Assembly: GCF_009914755.1 (NCBI RefSeq)
Contig: NC_060926.1
Source of the DNA: the human T2T-CHM13v2.0 reference genome, Homo sapiens
Length of the DNA stretch: 64,000 nt
Reading direction: 5' to 3' (one strand)
Positions 58,501 to 64,000 of the stretch are shown piece by piece. The stretch's first letter is position 1, and every line of letters starts with the position of its first letter. The translations under genes and the position numbers were made by a program. The notes beneath the pieces were generated by a model. It searched no databases and was not told the origin of the DNA. It was given only the letters and a program-made list of their open reading frames with translations.

Positions 58501-61500
58501 TTGCTGGCTGGGAGGCTTGGCTGGCTTGGCTGGCTGGCTGGCTGACTGACTTGGCTGGCTTGGCTGGCTTGGCTGGCTGGCTTGGATGGCCGGGTGGCTT
58601 GTCTGGCTTGGCTGGCCAGCTGGCTTAGCCGGGGGGATGGCTTGGCTGGCATGCCTGGCTTGGCTGGCTGGCTGGTTTTTCTGGCTTGGCTGCCTAGCTG
58701 GCTTGGCTGGCCTGCCTGGCTTTGCTTGCTGCCTGGCTTGGCTGGCTTGGCTGCCTGGCTGGCTTGGCTGGCATGCCTGTCTTGGCTGCCTGGCGGGCTT
58801 GACTGGCTTGGCTGGCTTGGCTGCCTGGCTGGCTTGGCTGGCTTGGCTGGCTAGGTGGCTTGGCTGGTTTGGCTAGCTGGCTGGCTGGGTAGCTTGGCTA
58901 GCCGGCTGGCTTGGCTGGTTGGCTGGCTTGGCTGGCTTGGCTAGCCGGCTGGCTTAGTTGGCTGGATGGCTTGGCTGGCATGCCTGGCTTGGCTGGCTGG
59001 CTGGCGTGGCTGGCTTGGCTGCCTGGCTGGCTTGGCTGACATGCCTGGCTTTGCTTGCTGGCTGGCTTGGCTGGCTTGGCTGCCTGCCTGGCTTGGCTGC
59101 CTGGCTGGCTTGGCTAGCATGCCTGTCTTGGCTGGTTGGCGGGCTTGGCTGGCTTGGCTGGCTTGGCTGGCTTGGCTGTCTGGGCTGGCTGACTGGCTTG
59201 GCTGGCTTGGATGTTCGGGTGACTTGGCTGGCTTCAGTGGCTGAGAGGATTGCCTAGCTTGGCTGGCCGGCTGGCTTGGCAGGCTGGCTGGCTTGGCTGG
59301 CTTGGCTCGCTGGCTGGCTGGCTGGCTGGCTGGCGGGCCTGGCTGGCTAGGTGGCTTGGCTGGCTTGGCTGGCTGGGTGGCTTGGCTGGTTTTGCTGGCT
59401 GGGAGGCTTGGCTGGCTTGGCTGGCTGGCTGGCTGACTGACTTGGCTGGCTTGGCTGGCTTGGCTGGCTGGCTTGGATGGCCGGGTGGCTTGTCTGGCTT
59501 GGCTGGCCAGCTGGCTTAGCCGCCTGGATGGCTTGGCTGGCATGCCTGGCTTGGCTGGCTGGCTGGTTTTTCTGGCTTGGCTGCCTAGCTGGCTTGGCTG
59601 GCCTGCCTGGCTTTGCTTGCTGCCTGGCTTGGCTGGCTTGGCTGCCTGGCTGGCTTGGCTTGCATGCCTGTCTTGGCTGGCTGGCGGGCTTGACTGGCTT
59701 GGCTGGCTTGGCTGCCTGGCTGGCTTGGCTGGCTTGGCTAGCTGGCTGGCTGGCTGGCGGGCCTGGCTGGCTAGGTGGCTTGGCTGGCTTGGCTGGCTGG
59801 GTGGCTTGGCTGGCTTGGCTGGCTGGGAGGCTTGGCTGGCTTGGCTGGCTGGGAGGCTTGGCTGGCTGGGTGGCTGGCTGGCTTGGCTGGCTTGGCTGGC
59901 TTGGGTGGCTGGCTGCCTGGCTGGCTGATGGGCTTGGCTGGCTTGGCTGGCTGGGTGGCTTGGCTGGCTGGGTGGCTTGGCTGGTTTGGCTAGCTGGCTG
60001 GCTGGGTAGCTTGGCTAGCTGGCTGGCTTGGCTGGTTGGCTGGCTTGGCTGGCTTGGCTAGCCGGCTGGCTTAGTTGGCTGGATGGCTTGGCTGGCATGC
60101 CTGGCTTGGCTGGCTGGCTGGCTTGGCTGCCTAGCTGGCTTGGCTCACATGCCTGGCTTTGCTTGCTGGCTGGCTTGGCTGGCTTGGCTGCCTGGCTGGC
60201 TTGGCTGTCTGGCTGGCTTGGCTACCATGCCTGTCTTGGCTGGTTGGCGGGCTTGGCTGGCTTGGCTGGCTTGGCTGGCTTGGCTGTCTGGGCTGGCTGA
60301 CTGGCTTGGCTGGCTTGGATGGTCGGGTGACTTGGCTGGCTTGAGTGGCTCAGTGGATTGCCTAGCTTGGCTGGCCGGCTGGCTTGGCAGGCTGGCTGGC
60401 TTGGCTGGCTTGGCTCGCTGGCTGGCTGGCTGGCGGGCCTGGCTGGCTAAGTGGCTTGGCTGGCTTGGCTGGCTGGGTGGCTTGGCTGGTTTTGCAGGCT
60501 GTGAGGCTTGGCTGGCTTGGCTGGCTGGCTGGCTGACTGACTTGGCTGGCTTGGCTGGCTTGGCTGGCTGGCTTGGATGGCCCGGTGGCTTGTCTGGCTT
60601 GGCTGGCCAGCTGGCTTAGCCGGCTGGATGGCTTGGCTGGCATGCCTGGCTTGGCTGGCTGGCTGGTTTTTCTGGCTTGGCTGCCTAGCTGGCTTGGCTG
60701 GCCTGCCTGGCTTTGCTTGCTGCCTGGCTTGGCTGGCTTGGCTGCCTGGCTGGCTTGGCTGGCATGCCTGTCTTGGCTGGCTGGCGGGCTTGACTGGCTT
60801 GACTGGCTTGGCTGCCTGGCTGGCTTGGCTGGCTTGGCTAGCTGGCTGGCTGGCTGGCGGGCCTGGCTGGCTAGGTGGCTTGGCTGGCTTGGCTGGCTGG
60901 GTGGCTTGGCTGGCTTGGCTGGCTGGGAGGCTTGGCTGGCTTGGCTGGCTGGGAGGCTTGGCTGGCTGGGTGGCTGGCTGGCTTGGCTGGCTTGGCTGGC
61001 TTGGCTGGCTTGGGTGGCTGGCTGCCTGGCTGGCTGATTGGCTTGGCCGGCTTGGCTGGCTGGGTGGCTTGGCTGGCTGGGTGGCTTGGCTGGTTTGGCT
61101 AGCTTGCTGGCTGGGTAGCTTGGCTAGCTGGCTGGCTTGGCTGGTTGGCTGGCTTGGCTGGCTTGGCTAGCCGGCTGGCTTAGTTGGCTGGATGGCTTGG
61201 CTGGCATGCCTGGCTTGGCTGGCTGGCTGGCTTGGCTGGCTTGGCTGCCTGGCTGGCTTGGCTGACATGCCTGGCTTTGCTTGCTGGCTGGCTTGGCTGG
61301 CTTGGCTGCCTGGCTGGCTTGGCTGCCTGGCTGGCTTGGCTAGCATTCCTGTCTTGGCTGGTTGGCGGGCTTGGCTGGCTTGGCTGGCTTGGCTGGCTTG
61401 GCTGTCTGGGCTGGCTGACTGGCTTGGTTGGCTTGGATGGTCGGGTGACTTGGCTGGCTTGAGTGGCTGAGTGGATTGCCTAGCTTGGCTGGCCGGCTGG

Positions 61501-64000
61501 CTTGGCAGGCTGGCTGGCTTGGCTGGCTTGGCTGGCTGGCTGGCTGGTTGGCAGGCCTGGCTGGCTAGGTGGCTTGGCTGGCTTGGCTGGCTGGGTGGCT
61601 TGGATGGTTTTGCTGGCTGGGAGGCTTGGCTGGCTTGGCTGGCTGGCTGGTTGACTGACTTGGCTGGCTTGGCTGGCTTGGCTGGCTTGGCTGGCTGGCT
61701 TGGATGGCCGGGTGGCTTGTCTGGCTTGGCTGGCCAGCTGGCTTAGCCGGCTGGATGGCTTGGCTGGCATGCCTGGCTTGGCTGGCTGGCTGGTTTTGCT
61801 GGTTTGGCTGCCTAGCTGGCTTGGCTGGCCTGCCTGGCTTTGCTTGCTGCCTGGCTTGGCTGGCTTGGCTGCCTGGCTGGCTTGGCTGGCATGCCTGTCT
61901 TGGCTGGCTGGCGGGCTTGACTGGCTTGGCTGGCTTGGCTGCCTGGCTGGCTTGGCTGGCTTGGCTAGCTGGCTGGCTGGGTGGCGGGCCTGGCTGGCTA
62001 GGTGGCTTGGCTGGCTTGGCTGGCTTGGTGGCTTGGCTTGCTTGGCTGGCTGGGAGGCTTGGCTGGCTTGGCTGGCTGGGAGGCTTGGCTGGCTGGGTGG
62101 CTGGCTGGCTTGGCTGGCTTGGGTGGCTGGCTGCCTGGCTGGCTGATGGGCTTGGCTGGCTTGGCTGGCTGGGTGGCTTGGCTGGCTGGGTGGCTTGGCT
62201 GGTTTGGCTAGCTGGCTGGCTGGGTAGCTTGGCTAGCCGGCTGGCTTGGCTGGTTGGCTGGCTTGGCTGGCTTGGCTAGCCGGCTGGCTTAGTTGGCTGG
62301 ATGGCTTGGCTGGCATGCCTGGCTTGGCTGGCTGGCTGGCGTGGCTGGCTTGGCTGCCTGGCTGGCTTGGCTGACATGCCTGGCTTTGCTTGCTGGCTGG
62401 CTTGGCTGGCTTGGCTGCCTGCCTGGCTTGGCTGCCTGGCTGGCTTGGCTAGCATGCCTGTCTTGGCTGGTTGGCGGGTTTGGCTGGCTTGGCTGTCTGG
62501 GCTGGCTGACTGGCTTGGCTGGCTTGGATGTTCGGGTGACTTGGCTGGCTTGAGTGGCTGAGAGGATTGCCTAGCTTGGCTGGCCGGCTGGCTTGGCAGG
62601 CTGGCTGTCTTGGCTGGCTTGGCTCGCTGGCTGGCTGGCTGGCTGGCTGGCGGGCCTGGCTGGCTAGGTGGCTTGGCTGGCTTGGCTGGCTGGGTGGCTT
62701 GGCTGGTTTTGCTGGCTGGGAGGCTTGGCTGGCTTGGCTGGCTGGCTGGCTGACTGACTTGGCTGGCTTGGCTGGCTTGGCTGGCTGGCTTGGATGGCCG
62801 GGTGGCTTGTCTGGCTTGGCTGGCTAGCTGGCTTAGCCGGGGGGATGGCTTGGCTGGCATGCCTGGCTTGGCTGGCTGGCTGGTTTTTCTGGCTTGGCTG
62901 CCTAGCTGGCTTGGCTGGCCTGCCTGGCTTTGCTTGCTGCCTGGCTTGGCTGGCTTGGCTGCCTGGCTGGCTTGGCTGGCATGCCTGTCTTGGCTGGCTG
63001 GCGGGCTTGACTGGCTTGGCTGGCTTGGCTGCCTGGCTGGCTTGGCTGGCTTGGCTAGCTGGCTGGCTGGCTGGCGGGCCTGGCTGGCTAGGTGGCTTGG
63101 CTGGCTTGGCTGGCTGGGTGGCTTGGCTGGCTTGGCTGGGTGGGAGGCTTGGCTGGCTTGGCTGTCTGGGAGGCTTGGCTGGCTGGGTGGCTGGGTGGCT
63201 GGCTGGCTTGGCTGGCTTGGCTGGCTTGGGTGGCTGGCTGCCTGGCTGGCTGATGGGCTTGGCTGGCTTGGCTTGCTGGGTGGCTTGGCTGGCTGGGTGG
63301 CTTGGCTGGTTTGGCTAGCAGGCTGGCTGGGTAGCTTGGCTAGCTGGCTGGCTTGGCTGGTTGGCTGGCTTGGCTGGCTTGGCTAGCCGGCTGGCTTAGT
63401 TGGCTGGATGGCTTGGCTGGCATGCCTGGCTTGGCTGGCTGGCTGGCTTGGCTGCCTAGCTGGCTTGGCTGACATGCCTGGCTTTGCTTGCTGGCTGGCT
63501 TGGCTGGCTTGGCTGCCTGGCTGGCTTGGCTGCCTGGCTGGCTTGGCTAGCATGCCTGTCTTGGCTGGTTGGCGGGCTTGGCTGGCTTGGCTGGCTTGGC
63601 TGGCTTGGCTGTCTGGGCTGGCTGACTGGCTTGGCTGGCTTGGATGGTCGGGTGACTTGGCTGGCTTGAGTGGCTCAGTGGATTGCCTAGCTTGGCTGGC
63701 CGGCTGGCTTGGCAGGCTGGCTGGCTTGGGTGGCTTGGCTCGCTGGCTGGCTGGCTGGTGGGCCTGGCTGGCTAAGTGGCTTGGCTGGCTGGGCTGGCTG
63801 GGTGGCTTGGTTGGTTTTGCTGGCTGGGAGGCTTGGCTGTCTTGGCTGGCTGGCTGGCTGACTGACTTGGCTGGCTTGGCTGGCTTGGCTGGCTTGGCTG
63901 GCTGGCTTGGATGGCCGGGTGGCTTGTCTGGCTTGGCTGGCCAGCTGGCTTAGCCGGCTGGATGGCTTGGCTGGCATGCCTGGCTTGGCTGGCTGGCTGG
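43570..64000. repeat. GGCT/GGCTT satellite, distal block with ~1.1-kb higher-order unit (runs off the window end)
   Basis: The landmark gagtggctga-gtggattgcctag and its variants recur 17 times between 45071 and 63678. Confidence 0.97.

Overview
This is human/great-ape-type genomic DNA that looks like a pericentromeric segmental-duplication mosaic. No intact protein-coding gene is supported, and nearly all ORF-track entries are artefacts of low-complexity DNA or Alu. From left to right: (1) ~16 kb of AT-rich, LTR/L1-rich sequence with a 0.6-kb GA tract; (2) a 3.1-kb CpG-rich GCCGCGGCTTTTTGCCC ('CAAAAAGCCGCGG') tandem repeat; (3) an immunoglobulin-kappa-derived segment carrying an orphon IGKV1 gene (open V frame; promoter, leader and RSS partly mutated) and a heavily decayed inverted V-kappa relic absent from the ORF track; (4) an abrupt switch, marked by a ~20-bp imperfect tandem duplication, to an Alu-dense segment; (5) a CT tract running into a GGCT/GGCTT satellite that occupies about 23 kb of the window and continues past its end. 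The satellite has nested higher-order periods (4/5-mer, ~0.56 kb, ~1.1 kb, ~3 kb) and is interrupted by a 2.7-kb tandem array of ~10 truncated Alu units. I see no convincing new coding system. The most unusual objects are the composite satellite/Alu array and the hidden V relic. Repeat subfamily names come from recognising consensus motifs by eye, not from a database search.
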